NCBI RefSeq assembly: GCF_023055435.1 | Contig: NW_025964001.1 | Span: 20,088,001 to 20,152,000, forward strand | Source: Haliotis rufescens | Lineage: Eukaryota | DNA length: 64,000 nucleotides | Direction: 5' to 3' | Part shown: piece after piece, positions 36,275-49,700 of the stretch | Position numbering within the stretch: position 1 is the stretch's first letter | Layout of the letters: the number at the start of each line of letters is the position of its first letter | The notes under the pieces: generated by a model | Databases searched by the model: none | What the model was told of the DNA's origin: nothing | What the model saw: the letters and a program-made list of their open reading frames with translations, nothing else | Made by a program: the position numbers and the translations under genes

Positions 36275-39200
36275 CTGCAGCAGAAGAGATGATGGCATAC
36301 TGATATTGTTTTTTATTTATTTGTATATTTGTTGTTTAGGCTTAAAAAAATCTAGGTTCTGAGGCACTGCTGCATCATCACCAAGTCTGCCGGATGTTTT
36401 TGAAAAAAATTTTTTTTTTAAATCCATATATTTTCTGCGTCACAAACACACAACCCCGGCAGTGAAATGCTACAATACTTAAAAACATCACGATCCAATA
36501 TAGCATGCAGTTACTTCCCTATACATGTGCACTGCTTTACTGCGCACCTCATGTTATGGTCATGGCAGTAATAGGAGTTTGCATGCTTGTTTTGCCGTTT
36601 GCAAATTGGGTCAAGGAAAACCTGAAACTTACAATGTCAAAAAGAGGGTATAAATGTAATGACCAATCATTAGATTACACAATTACCTCCTTCTTTTGGG
36701 TCTGTCTTCAACAATATGGATCCTTCTTCCATTGATTTCTGTGTTGTCCAATTTGTCAATTGCTGCCTTCATATCTGAGTGGGTAGCAAACTCCACAATA
36801 CTACAAAGAAACAATTCATAATATCAGGTAACGACAATCAAATAACACAAATTATGTTTTAACACTATGACACAATGACCTTCCCCTATCTTGCTTCGAA
36901 AAATGTATGGTAGCATATACCAGACAGGAATATTCAGTAATTGTTTTAGTAAGTACAGTTTATGAAATACAAAACATGTGAAGTGACTTTATTAGACCAA
37001 GATGCTATTTACATACCCTTCATTCTTATGCTTTTTGTGTGCATCTGCATAGGTGACCTCTCCAGCTTGACGCATGTAGTCCTTCAGGTCCTTTGTAACA
37101 GAGGGAAACACGGGTCACAAAATAAACTAACCTGTACCTAACAGTTACAGTAACTTACACATTTACATACACAACTACATACCTAGATATGATGGCAATG
37201 AGCAACAGAGTGAATGGTGTTTTATGCCATTGTCATTTCTACAGCAGTAGAACATAGACACACAAAACTTGTGGCTGACAGTGAGATCAATTTCACACTG
37301 GTTTGGGCAAATGTCACAAACTCAGCTAGGTCCAAGGCCAACCAGGCATAAGTCATTGTCATCAGCTATTGTGAACAGATCATAAGATCATTCTTCGCCT
37401 TTTAGGGCAAGCATTGGGTACAGTGACACCTACATCCATTTTCCTCAAATTCTCTTAGTTTTCTGTTTAGATATGTGACTCAAAGTTGGTGCAGAAAATA
37501 CATCGGCCAGCAAAAGACTGTCCCAATGTATTGCACATAATTCTCTTGATTACCTACAAAATAATGTACATAATGATAACTTAAGGCCTTAGGCTTCACG
37601 AAAAGTGAAAAAGTTTCACACAACATGTTCACTGTCATAATATAACCACAACTATTCCACAGCCCTGATATCTACCTTCCAGCTGAGCATGATCTTCCTG
37701 TATTTCTATTCACAATTTATGACGTTTAATTAATTACAAGTGGCATATTCCTCTTTGGAACATTATTTGGAATTTTGCGGTATGAATTTCACAAAGAATC
37801 AAAAAGATGTAGGCTGATTTACCAAAGATTAAAACTTGAACTGAAAATGCTGATATTAGACCTTTAGTTATGTTTGGTTTCTCGTTATTTGACAAGCAAT
37901 GTTTCAATTAAGTATCATGTAAAACAAGCCCATTAAGCATCCCCAAGTCTGGGGAGACATGATCTTTGTTAACACACATCTGAAAAGAAGACAAGCCCAG
38001 CATAACAAAACAAGATAAAAAAGATTCAGACATTTGTTTTGAAAGAGAAAACTCTTTGTTTGTTACCTGCTGCCCGAAAGCAATAGTCAAAGCTGGAATG
38101 GAACCCTATGAGGCTGGCACTCAACCTCAGAGGTCAAATGGACAGCACACGTCACAGGTCAGTCAATTGGCCATGATGACAACATCGAGGAAGCGGGACA
38201 CGTCTAGGATTTGTTTTTCTATCGACATTACATCTGAGGAGGGCAGACTCTACATTTAAGGCCAATTCATCTACAGGAGTCATCATGACGTCTGGTCACA
38301 AAACGGTCAATTTCCCTTTTACAACTTTTAACTTCAGGACGTCTGAAGGTTTCCAAATGTTTCCCTTTCGGAAAAGTGATTTTTCATCTCTTGACAGGTA
38401 TACACCTGATCAAGGGTGCTGCAGGGTCATCTTTCTGTCAGCCCTGAGAGTCCCTCGTCTGACTCCCATGCACGGACCAAGCACGTTCAACACTAGGTGC
38501 CCGTCATCACACCTAAGGACCCTCGGGTATGTGTGACCATGACCTCTAAGAATGACTTTTGCCCCCGTCTAGCCTCTCGTCATCTTTGCGGTCATCTTTG
38601 AGGGAAGGAAGATAAGAATTTAAAATGAAGAATTTGCCAAAGACTGTTTTCTACTCATATACTAAGCAGATGCTATTTGTGTGCTTATAAACAATTACTA
38701 TTAGGATCTTTTTACCTCATTTGCTTGACCAAACCATACACATGAAGTCAAGGACACAAACTAGGAAAAAGAACCATTCTGCAACAGTTTCATTGAAGAG
38801 GTTGTGCTCAACCGGATTTTAAAATGTAATTTCAAAAGCATTTTAACGTTAATTTGTGTATAGTTGTACCATTACCATGATAACAAATTAAAAAAAGAGA
38901 AAAAGTTTAAATAAACAAATTAACACAAGGGTATTCACAAAATGGTATTGATTTGAAATGTTAGTACATTATTAGTCTAAATATCTGAAATGAAATCTAC
39001 CATCTTTTACACATGGAATTACAACAGACAGTGCAGCCTACAAGTAACTCCTCTGATCTTTGATCAAGAAAGTCAATTCAGACTAAACCTTGTGACAAAG
39101 ACAGTACCTTAGTGAATCATTTATCAACTTACTCTTCAGCTTTAATTCGGGTCAAACAAAAGAAACTTTACATCTTACATGATTCATAAAAACACCACTC

Positions 39201-42018
39201 ATTTTTGAGACACCTAGTGAAAACATTTCCTCAGATGAAAATGAGACAGGAAAAGCGAAACTTCACAACTTTCAGTAAACACAGACCTGCCAGCTGACCC
39301 TTGAAGAAAGGTTTTCAATGATAAGACGAAATTCCGTCCTTGTTGGGGGTCCGTATCTGAAGCAAAACATTATAATTCTTAACAATCTTTACATAAAATT
39401 ATACATAATTTCCAAGTTAATTTTTCTGAACATTGAGGTAATACAATTACATATTTATTGCTTACTCAAACTCACTAAATTTGTTTGTTTGTTGTTTAAC
39501 GCCGCACTCTGCAATATTCCAGCTATATGACGGCGCCTCTGTAAATAATCAAGTCTGGACCTGACAATCCAGTGATTGACATCATGAGCATTGATCCACT
39601 CAATCACAACATGATGGCATGCATCAACCAAATCAGCGAGCCTGTCCATCCAAACCGTTAGTCGCCTCTTACGACAAGCACTGTCACCTTTTAAGGCCAG
39701 CATGGGTTGCTGAAGACCTATTATAGCCCAGATCTTCACGGGTTTCGAACTCACTAAAATCAGATGAGATCTTAGCTTCTGTTAAGCGAAGGCCTGAGGT
39801 ATTCCCATAATGGGTCACATCAGAAATACCTTTCTTCTACCAATCAGAGCATTGCTTACCATATCGGGAAAGCGACAGTTGGAACATGTTTTCTAATCAT
39901 GCAGCCTTGAAGAGGTTTACACAGGACATTATCTGAACGACAGTTAGGGGCTGTAAGACTGATTCCATCAAAGACATCGCTTCAATGAAAGTTCGAGAAG
40001 GCTGCTTTCTGATTAGCTAATGTTGACTTCTGGTTTGTCATTACATTGGTCAGCAAAAGTTTGCGAAAGGTCATTCTGACGCAATCTGAAATGGTATTGC
40101 CTCAGATCTTGTGTATCAGTAGTAAGCACCAAGATCTGATTTTAATCGCAAGTTTGTAAACTACAATATTTCTTCCCGTCAATTATCTCCACAAAACCAG
40201 AATCTTTACATACAATTTGTGCGAATCAATAAATATCAAGTAGAAGAAAACTCACTTGTCTCTTCCGCCGCCACCGCCACCACCACCACCACCTCCGCGA
40301 CGTCTGGACGGATAGCCGCGATCTCGCCAATCATCACCGCCGCCACCACCTCTTGAGCCTCGGGCATGCTCAACAATTACTCTGAAACATTTCATTGTAC
40401 ACTTAAAAGCACTTACTTAGAAATATTACTCGCATGAATTGAGACGACTTTTGAGTCTTAGCTTGGGTTAACGTTTCTTTTAGCAATATTGCAGCAAAAT
40501 CAAGGTATGAGACATTGTAAAATGTACTAATGCATAGAATGAAACTCAGATTTAAAGTGTGCTTGTATTTGCTTGCAACATCAGATCAACACACTATCCC
40601 TACCATCCACTGGTTTTGATGAATCCAAGCACCAGATCAGAAAAATTCAAACAAACCCAGAAAATATTTCTAACGCTAGCAACTGACTGATGTGGGTATA
40701 ATGACGCCTAATAGAAATTCAACAGAGCAAAGGTGACATCACTAATCATAAAGCTGGCTGGTAGTATGACTACTCAGACATCAGATAGGGCAATTCTACA
40801 AAATTTGAGGGAAAAAATCTTCAATTTTGAAATGAGCAAAAGATAATCCTGTACCAAATGACCAAATGCAGGATTTAATTATATCTTAGCCTTTATCATT
40901 GTCAAAGCTGTTGCAACATTTTCCATGCTAAATGGTCTAACGAACATAAGGATTTGTACTAACCTTTCACCACAGAGTTCCTTTCCATTGAGCTCATACA
41001 CAGCATCTTCAGCATCACGATAATCCTCAAATTCCTGAAATTAAACACACTAGTCAGCAATGAAACTAACAGGCCCACTAGTCCTTATAACATATAGCAA
41101 AACCCTAAAACAAAGTGCCAAATTCTACTAGTCCTTAGGATACCTTAACTATTGGGCAGTTTGGCAAGCACTATAGGACCAGTGCCAATTTCTAACGCTG
41201 CTTGTGAATTGATACACAAATTAATGCAGTTGTTTGTCAAGATTTGTTTTCAAACAAATCTTGTTATTGTCACTAAATATATATGCATATGTAATTCAAT
41301 TTTCTAACCATGAAAAGTAGAATAAGGCATACATTGATGATACATAAAAATCTCTAGATTTTGTCAGGTAACAAATTTCATGAAGTCAGTAGCAACACAT
41401 ACAGACCATATTGAATACTCTGAATCGTGAATACACACTTAGAAAACACCAAATAGGATCATATTTCAATGTCATGCTAAATTAATTCAATCCCAAAGAA
41501 GAATATATCTGTAAAATATGTTACAAGTTTAAATCTAAATATCTCGAGCGGTATGTGTATAGGTATTAGGTAGAGTGAACACGACGAAGGACCCCTTTGT
41601 GGGTCTTATATAAAAGTCACAATATTACTAATGCAGCTTTACACAAAACATTATCCAGCAATAGAAACAAACATTAGTCTACTAGTCCTTATAATAACAT
41701 TGAACAAATCCTAAAAAGGACAAATTTCTACCAGTCCTTTTGATACCTTACCTATTGGGCAGTTTGGCAAGGACTATAGTACTAGTGCCAATTTCTATTG
41801 CTGATTACGAAAGTATATCATTTACACACAATATATATCATTGCTTATTGTCACTTGGATGGCATTTCTATTTGTTTGCAGTTATGAATACATACCACAA
41901 AACCATATCCATTTTTCAGCATGAGGTCTCTCATTCGTCCATAGTTTCTGAAGAACCTCTCCAAATCCTTTTCTCGAACATGGTACGACAATCGCCCAAC
42001 ATACACCCTTGTTCCCAT
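36016..42018 (-). CDS. SRSF5: SR splicing factor of the SRSF4/5/6 (B52/SRp55) family: RRM1, Gly linker, pseudo-RRM2 (SWQDLKD), RS domain; whole gene span, 7 coding exons
   Basis: Exons (minus strand) 42018-41896, 41034-40964, 40381-40256, 39356-39287, 37090-37017, 36800-36687, 36274-36016, all GT-AG and phase-compatible. [73 protein letters not shown] and an RS tail. Probably co-orthologous to vertebrate SRSF4/5/6, so the symbol is approximate. Confidence 0.95.
36687..36800 (-). CDS. SRSF5: SR protein coding exon 6
   Basis: [36 protein letters not shown]. Confidence 0.95.
37017..37090 (-). CDS. SRSF5: SR protein coding exon 5
   Basis: [24 protein letters not shown]. Confidence 0.95.
38067..38595 (-). 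other. Candidate poison (NMD-inducing) cassette exon / conserved non-coding element in the SWQ|DLKD intron
   Basis: Pyrimidine-rich acceptor ttcttatcttccttccctcaaAG, donor CAG|GTAACA, in-frame TAG at codon 9, repeat-free and GC-elevated relative to flanking intron. Confidence 0.75.
39287..39356 (-). CDS. SRSF5: SR protein coding exon 4
   Basis: [23 protein letters not shown]. Confidence 0.95.
39480..39747 (-). mobile_element. Family D retroposon
   Basis: 11-bp TSD AACTCACTAAA. Confidence 0.88.
40256..40381 (-). CDS. SRSF5: SR protein coding exon 3 (Gly-rich linker)
   Basis: [35 protein letters not shown]; gtgagt donor. Confidence 0.93.
40964..41034 (-). CDS. SRSF5: SR protein coding exon 2
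   Basis: [23 protein letters not shown]. Confidence 0.95.
41896..42018 (-). CDS. SRSF5: SR protein coding exon 1 (RRM1 N-terminal half)
   Basis: [41 protein letters not shown]; acceptor ttccag at 42025-6, donor gtatgt. Confidence 0.95.
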
Positions 42019-45000
42019 TTTTTCCTGGAATAAATACAAAATCTAAACAAACAGGATAAACATCAAGAATGTATCATTTCAGGATACCATTGAATTCCTT
42101 TTCAGGCTGGTGATTTTGCTTCTTTTAAGTCACACTACAAGAAACATCCTTTGCCACGAAGGTCCAAAGACAATCTAACAAAGTCACGGAGTCTGACAAA
42201 AAAAATCCATTTATTCTGTAGTTACCTTTTACAAGCATTAGTAGCTATGGATCTTTTCCAACCCAAATTCCCATTGGGACTTGGTGTTATGTACTTGGCC
42301 CGATTTACAAAGCATTTGCAGGGCTACGAACATGATGAACATCATAAAACCAACTGTAATTTTGTAACAAAATTACGACCAAAAATTGTTAAGCAATCAA
42401 CACAGCAATCTAAGTGATAATGTTTTGTAAATTAAGATAAGAATTCATATAGTCTAGACCTATTGTAGTGACTTACAGCAAACAAAGTAAGATGTTGGGA
42501 GCATCTGCACCTTGTTACCTAATAGCAATTGACTCTTCTCGCTAGAACATTTCATGTGATATAACATTTTGAATAATTTCTTCACCTAACAATCTTCAAA
42601 ATGTTCCCAGAATATTGAACCTTTCGGAGTTCATTTTCTAAAAGTAGTAAACAAACAACTTTTAACAACCTTAAAATGCTCCAACATATTCATAAATTCA
42701 TATTCATAATTACAGATAGGTGCATGCATGTATACAAAGGTTTTCCTGGTGAAGCCTAGACATTACTTGGAACCTCCAACAATTTTCACTTCCATCACAA
42801 GAGAGTGATAATCTTATGATTGGATTAAGATAACCTCTCACATGGCGAATCTAATTTTGAACGCTTTGTGTCTGGTTACCCAGGTTTCTAAATCTGATTA
42901 CTGATTGTATTACATCTCAGTCACAGTGATTCAAATGGTCAATAAAGAACATGTCCTAATAGGTTTTGTTTGTTCAAATATTGGATAACACTGCAGTCAG
43001 CAATATTCCAGCTATATCACGGAAGCCTGTCAAAAATTAGGGCTGGGTCAGTCAAACCTGCGATTGGTATCATGAGCCATGACCCATGTCCTTAAGTTAC
43101 AATCACACAAAACCTTGTCATAGTTTGAATGCACATTTCACCTCTCATAACAACCATAGGTTAAAGGGGGGGACCTTTCTTAACCAACATCTAAATGTGA
43201 CCGAATTGGTTTGATAAAATATAAAGGGCACAATTGTGAAAATAGAAGGAAAATAATACCCTTTCAACAGCTGCTTTTCTGATGGTGATTAATTAAAATA
43301 TATCTTATTTCATTTCTTCTCAATATTTTAAGTAATTTTGCAAGAACCTGCATAGGCCCTTCCAATTCTTTCTGTCTAATAAGTCAAGCTGGGAAGAATG
43401 TATTTTGTCATTGTTTGCTGGCCTAATATGTATGTATTGTCCATGGAATTATATATTATATTTTTTGAAAATGATCAATTATTTATTTTATGCAGCTATG
43501 TACAAGAGTTGATTTGGCGGGTCAAAAGGGGTCTTACTCTCTTCTCAAAATATTGTTGGAGGGTAGTTAATACTAGTTATCAAGAGTAGGTACAGGCAAA
43601 GTTCATGTCTCCCACTCAGCTAATATTGTCTAATATATATTAAGGTCTACAACTAGTTTGTGATATTTCAGTTTGAAAGCATTTCCTTGCTTAGCAATTA
43701 GTGCAGTTTTATTATTCTTATGACATTCCCTCAAACTCAGGTTCAGTATGTGAAGATGCCACATTTCATCGAGAATGTTTTCATCAAATTTTCTTTTTTT
43801 TTAAATACAAAAGATAAGTCACATTTGAATGGGTGTCAATGTAGAGAAATTATACAATTTTAATGACACACACCTGTCGGAGTACACTGAAAATATATTG
43901 TTTGGGGTATTGCACATTGATTGATATAGGCCAATATGTGGTTATCCCAAACATGTTGGAAGAAATTCACCCCAGAGTAGTGCACTTTAAGGAGTGCATT
44001 TTTTTTCACTCCAATTAGCACCACATGGAGGATCAAACTCATATTACCAGCTTGAAGCTGAGCTTGGCTAATGACTTAATCTATTTAGCAAACATTTTAT
44101 AAATGGACAATAGGTGCTGTAACAAATAATTAGTGTTTGTCTAACAAATGATCAGCACCCAATTGTTTTCCTTTAAGTACATGCATAGTTGCCTGTTTTT
44201 CTCTGCAAAACGAGAAACTTGAAAAACAAACGTCTGACTACTGTGACTAGTGTCCCGTGCCATTCTCACTTTGCGAAGTGACACCTATCAGAGGAACGAG
44301 ACACTGGATACCTTAAGTTGTTTAACGCCACACTCAGCAATATTGCAGCTATGACGGCAGTCTGTAAATAATCAAATCTGGGCAACACAATGCAGTGATT
44401 GATATAATGAGCATCAATCAATTGGGATACAATGAGATGCATCAACCACCAGATATTGTTAATGACCTCTTAAAACAAACATTGGTTTGCTGAAGACATT
44501 CTAACCTGTATCTTTAAGGGTCAAACTGGATATCCTGACAATGGATATAATAAAGAGCTGCAGCCAGGTTGTCATGTTTTGGGTTTTTTTGTTCATTAGT
44601 GTATACACGACTTGCATGGGTGACTGGATGCAACTGTTCAACATTATAATATGTGCAGTAAAAATTACTAAAATAAAATACATCATCTCCTATTATGAAA
44701 TTCAGGTAAAAGAACAGGTGAAAAACTGTTCTGTTCTGCTAGGCAGTGCATTAATTCAGAAACTTAGATTACCATGTGTATTTTCTCTTAAACTGAGCTG
44801 CAAATAGCTGTCAGTTGTACACAGTTTCTACCAATCTATCAGCAACTTAGTTTAAAAAATACCCAATATAATGTCAAAGAATTTTGATGCAATGATCAGA
44901 AGAATTGCATAACTTGAAAACTTATATTTCATCAGAAAATATTTATTCCAATACTTCCAAAATTCATGACATTTTTACGATACAATTCCCATGTTGATTT

Positions 45001-45713
45001 TAAGATTTTCGATAAATGAAATTTTAATTCAATCAATATTATTTATTAATCTATTGCATTACTGTCTAATATTATGCTGTAAGTAATATCAGGTCATCAA
45101 CTTGACTTTTTACAAGAACCCAAATGATGACTGCCTTTATATTTAATTATTGGTCACCAAAAGGAAATTGGCGACCAAACTAGTAGCAACTTAAAGCCTG
45201 CCGTCGACATGTCATTTGGCAAAATGTATCTAACTGGTGTTAATGGCCTATCTTTAATATATACCTACCTTAACTTATAATTTCACTTCCAATCACATCA
45301 AAGTATCCTACACATCATATATTCACTTTCATCCACATGCGCACACTCTGACACATTCATATACACTCTTATTTACCTTAACATAGTCACGCTACGTAAG
45401 GTTACCATCATAACATAATTATACACTCTGTAATAATTCAACACCCTTCGCTTCATACCATTTGATACCTTCCCTCACTCCTATTGCAGCTTCATGTACA
45501 TTGTGACTTAAACTTCAGGTACTATTAATGTTGTTAGTGTTTATCAATGGTAAGTGTCTTAATAAATCTTGTTAGGTGTGGCCAAGTTTAAGTCTGAGTA
45601 TGGCATTAATGATATAAATGCATATATCCATTCTCTGTCGACTAAAGTTTGTTTCAATCCGTAAATAGGGTGGCTGGTGTAAATAATGGTAAGTTTGTGC
45701 GATCTTCCAATCT

Positions 45714-45751
<38 letters not shown>

Positions 45752-45984
45752 ATTTTGCACACACTCTACTAAGCTGTGTTGTTGGGTTAAAAAATGTGTA
45801 CCATACTCAAGAAAATATAGTACATGTTATGAAAGTGACACTTAATGTTATTCTTTTACTTGTTTATTCATACACGAACATACAACAGCAACTGTCAAAA
45901 ATGAAGTAATATTGATCAAAACACAAATGTCCTGATGGCCAAGGAAAATTCCGGATCCCTGGTTACAACAAAGGCAAACCTGGC

Positions 45985-46242
45985 GTTGTTTGCATGTTGA
46001 TTAACGCCACACTCAGCAATATTCCTGCTACCAACGGTCTGTAAATAATCAAGCCTGGACCGGACAATCCAGTGATTTACATCATGAGCATCATCTATGC
46101 AGTGGGATACGATGACATGCATCATCCAAATCAGCAAACCTGACCACCCTATCCTGTTAGGTGCCTCTTACGACAATCATAGTCGTCTTTTATGGCAAGC
46201 ATAGGTTGAAAAAGACCTTTTCTAACTCCAATCTTCACGGAT
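45985..46242 (-). mobile_element. Family D retroposon
   Basis: Full family D body; further partial or decayed copies at about 24128-24232, 44316-44522, 60120-60290 and 62330-62503. Confidence 0.85.
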
Positions 46243-46938
46243 AGTCCCCCAAATGCCCCATCACTGGTCTGAAGCCCAGTTTGTGGGGTCGCTGATGTGA
46301 ACTGGCATCTGGTGATTATGCAGGCTAATGGAAGCTGTACCAGAGAGACGACAGAGTATTGGTGCCCTTTAAGGAACAGAAAGGGGAAGCTAACCCTAAC
46401 ATTTGCCCTAAGGATCGCAAAGATTGGCAAGTTTGATTGGCAAGTGGTGCCCAACCCTAGGATTGTGAAAGGGTGTTTGATCGAAAAGGGTATCCAACAT
46501 CTAAGGGTTGAGTTGGCACTCCAGATCTGTGAAGCGAGAGCCACAAACTGCAGTCAGAGTCAATATTGCGCTACAGAAGTTGTATCTGGTAAACTGCAAT
46601 GTTGCCATTCGCCCAATAAGCAGTTTATCGGCGAGACGGCTGGTGGTTTCTGTTTTCAAGCTGCCTTCTTGGCGAAGTTTACGATGATGCACGATGCATA
46701 AACGTCGAAATCGTATGTGAAACGACTATGGATCATTCAACATGATAAACATAACACATCGTCCCTAATGTGCTAACAACTTTTCGGGGGAAAAAATTAA
46801 CAAGTATTCACTAAAATAATTGCATATTTCGCAACTTTCATCAGAATTATTCAAAACAATGCAATTGCACGGCTTTCCTTCTAATATAATATGAACATGA
46901 AGTTTGAAATAGGAATACTGTTCAAAATATCCACTTAC

Positions 46939-47110
46939 GCACCCACAGTTCTTTCCAGCAAACAAAATGTCTACTTTCACGTAAAACTAGTACCGCTGTT
47001 GAACTGCGCCGGCGCCTTTGCGCGTTTAGTCAAGGAGCCAAACGCCAGAAAACCAACCAAGCCGAAATCTCGGCAGTCAGAAACCCAGTCTATTGTCACG
47101 TGACAATAAG
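46939..47110 (-). promoter_or_regulatory. Putative promoter and non-coding first exon of the SR gene
   Basis: GTAAGT donor on the minus strand at 46933-46938, CpG-enriched patch, palindromic E-box TATTGTCACGTGACAATA at 47091-47108. Confidence 0.6.
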
Positions 47111-49542
47111 GTTTGATTACCCACTAAGCTTTGCGCAATTCTTTATACTAGAGTTTGTTACATGATACGCATTCACAATTGCTACCATGCGCGTTTTCAT
47201 TCAAAAATACACAAGCTATTAGCAGAGAACCGACACCGATCGGTATATAGACTATTCAAATATAATTCCTACCTTTAGGTGAGTTTCATGTCCTGTTAAT
47301 CTGCGATGCTTTTGCTTTCCAAAGGAAGAAATATTTATCACACTTAGAAAATATATACGTAATCACCAAGTAATGTAAATTTACTCAACTCAAATGATGA
47401 AAATACTATTAAGTCAGAAACTATCTTTATCAAACACATTTTCTATAAGATTTCTAAACGTTGTTAATTAAGTATTGCATAAATACGTCTGCTAGCTGTC
47501 TATATTTTCATTTGACTGAGTAAGATAACTTTATTATAAAAGCCAGAAGTTAACAGAAGGGACTAATATAAATGAATAGATTAATTTCTTCGAGTAATAA
47601 GGACAGTATAATTAGGCCATCGGGTAAATATAGACCATCGAGTAAATAATAATAAGTAATTTAAACAAGTTCGTGTGGGTCAAACCCCCCAAAACTAAAT
47701 TAATGCATCTACATATGATTATTTCGTACAACACCGGGATAATAAATAGAGGATACACGTGTATTTGTCTTTTCTTGTCAAATAACATGTTTGTCTGACA
47801 TCTTCGTGAAAGGCGCATCTTCGAAGTTGATATTTTCATCAGTTGCGCAGTCGTTTTTTAGGAATTTTACAGTAGTTATAAGTGAACCTAGAATTTCGCG
47901 TGAGCACCATGTCCACTGAGGGGCTCATTCAGACAATCTGTGTCAGCCTGGTTATACTCCATGTCAGACTAACTGTCAGTATCTAAAAAATATTATTTTT
48001 TAAAGAAACAAATAACTCCATTAAAATTGAAAGCGAGCCCCAGTGAGGTAGGAATTTCAGAACCCGAGGACAATCTAGACTTGCTTCCTTTAGGGCTTTT
48101 GGATTACAGAAAAGGCTGGGCAGAAGGGACAAAAATATGGTTCAGGGAGTGTACGTGAGCCAGACTAACGTCATGGTCAACTTTCCATGTCACGACATGA
48201 GATAAAGAAGAAAAAGACAAATGTTCCATTTATTATGTATTTCACTGCGCATGATTTTCATTATCTTACTCTGAAAACCAAAGTGTCATTGAAGTAGATT
48301 GAAAGTAATTCCGGGATCAAGTGTTATTTCACTGGAGTGAAATATTGATCATATATTTGGGTACGAATACAGTATTACACCAATAAATTCATCATAACTT
48401 AGTTTATTAGTAAAATAAGGGATAATAATTTGAAAACATGGATTAGATTCTAGCATAAGTATTTCATACCACACATGGTTTTCAAATTTTAATTTTGAAA
48501 CAGTTGTATGTTTTATATTTTCCAGGCGGGTAAGTAAACTCTATCAAAGGGGTTGTGCCCAGTACCTTTCCGCCCCTGTGTTGAAGTTATATAACGACAT
48601 GGACTTGCGTTTTATCCTGACTCTCCTGGGCCTTGTGTGTTACGCGTGAGCAACATGTGCATGGGCTCATTCAGACGATCTTCAAATAGAGACTATCATC
48701 CTGGGTACTATACATGATCTGGTACCCATTTTCAGCATATAGCCCAGGCAGACATTGTGTAAAATTGAGACAGTGTTATCAGTGTAGTAGGGTAATCATT
48801 CACATCTAGATTTATCACTACCAGCAAATACGAGGCAGCAATGTTGCGTGTATAACTTCAATCATATTTGCTGTGACACCAATTGGCCCGAGTCCAATGT
48901 CCCTAGGTATGTTTTGTTTGTTGTTACCGTCACAGTCAGCAATATTCCACAACAATAGCAATAATATATCACGATAACATGTACATATTCGATCTTGGAA
49001 AAATCAAACCAGTGATTGATATCATGAGCAACGCCCCACGCCTTCAGGCTATGCGCTCGACCAAGTAGTTGAAAATGAAATATTGATTACTGGATGTATT
49101 GTTATCATGATGGTAATTGTACATGTTTACTTTATTGGGATATGCGGGGTAATATTGAGGAACTGTAAGACTATTGTCCGATTTCGGTGAAAACGATAAA
49201 TGTGATACAAGTTGCTTTCTGCGAAACTGAAATTGACATGAAGAAGTTATAGGCCTCTACTGGCAAGTATATCATGTAAGACTATATAGCCAAACACCAA
49301 TTTGTCCCCTATGGTGCTCATGAATCCAAACAGTGAACAACTTACGTTAGCTAGTGTTAGCTTTTGTAAATTAAAATCTATTTAGTGCACCGTATCTTCT
49401 CGGGGAATCATTCATTTGTATTACCGACCCGATACCAGGATGTTCTTTGGTGTTCAGGTATAAGTGGATGCTGATGGTTTTACGCTGCTTCCGGCAATAT
49501 TTCTGATTTGGCGGATACAGCAAAAATTGTCTTTACAAGTTT

Positions 49543-49700
49543 TGGGGCGGTGGGGTTGCCATTGGTTAAAGCGTTTCCTCGTCACACCGAAGGCCGTCGG
49601 TAGATTTCCGCGTGGGTACAGTGTGTAGCCCATTTCTGGTTTTCCCCTCCTGGAATGGAGCTGGAAACGGAGTAAACCCACACTCACTCACTCACTCACT
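49543..49700 (+). mobile_element. tRNA-derived SINE (family A), degenerate
   Basis: GGGGCGGTGGGG head, GCCCATTTCTGG body, CACT tail. Confidence 0.8.

Noticed and set aside
46149-46701. Overlapping 131-aa and 134-aa ORFs and TTAGGG-like motifs in SR gene intron 1
   Set aside because: Non-ATG starts, no recognisable homology, partly overlapping a retroposon, and too few telomere-like hexamers to be meaningful.
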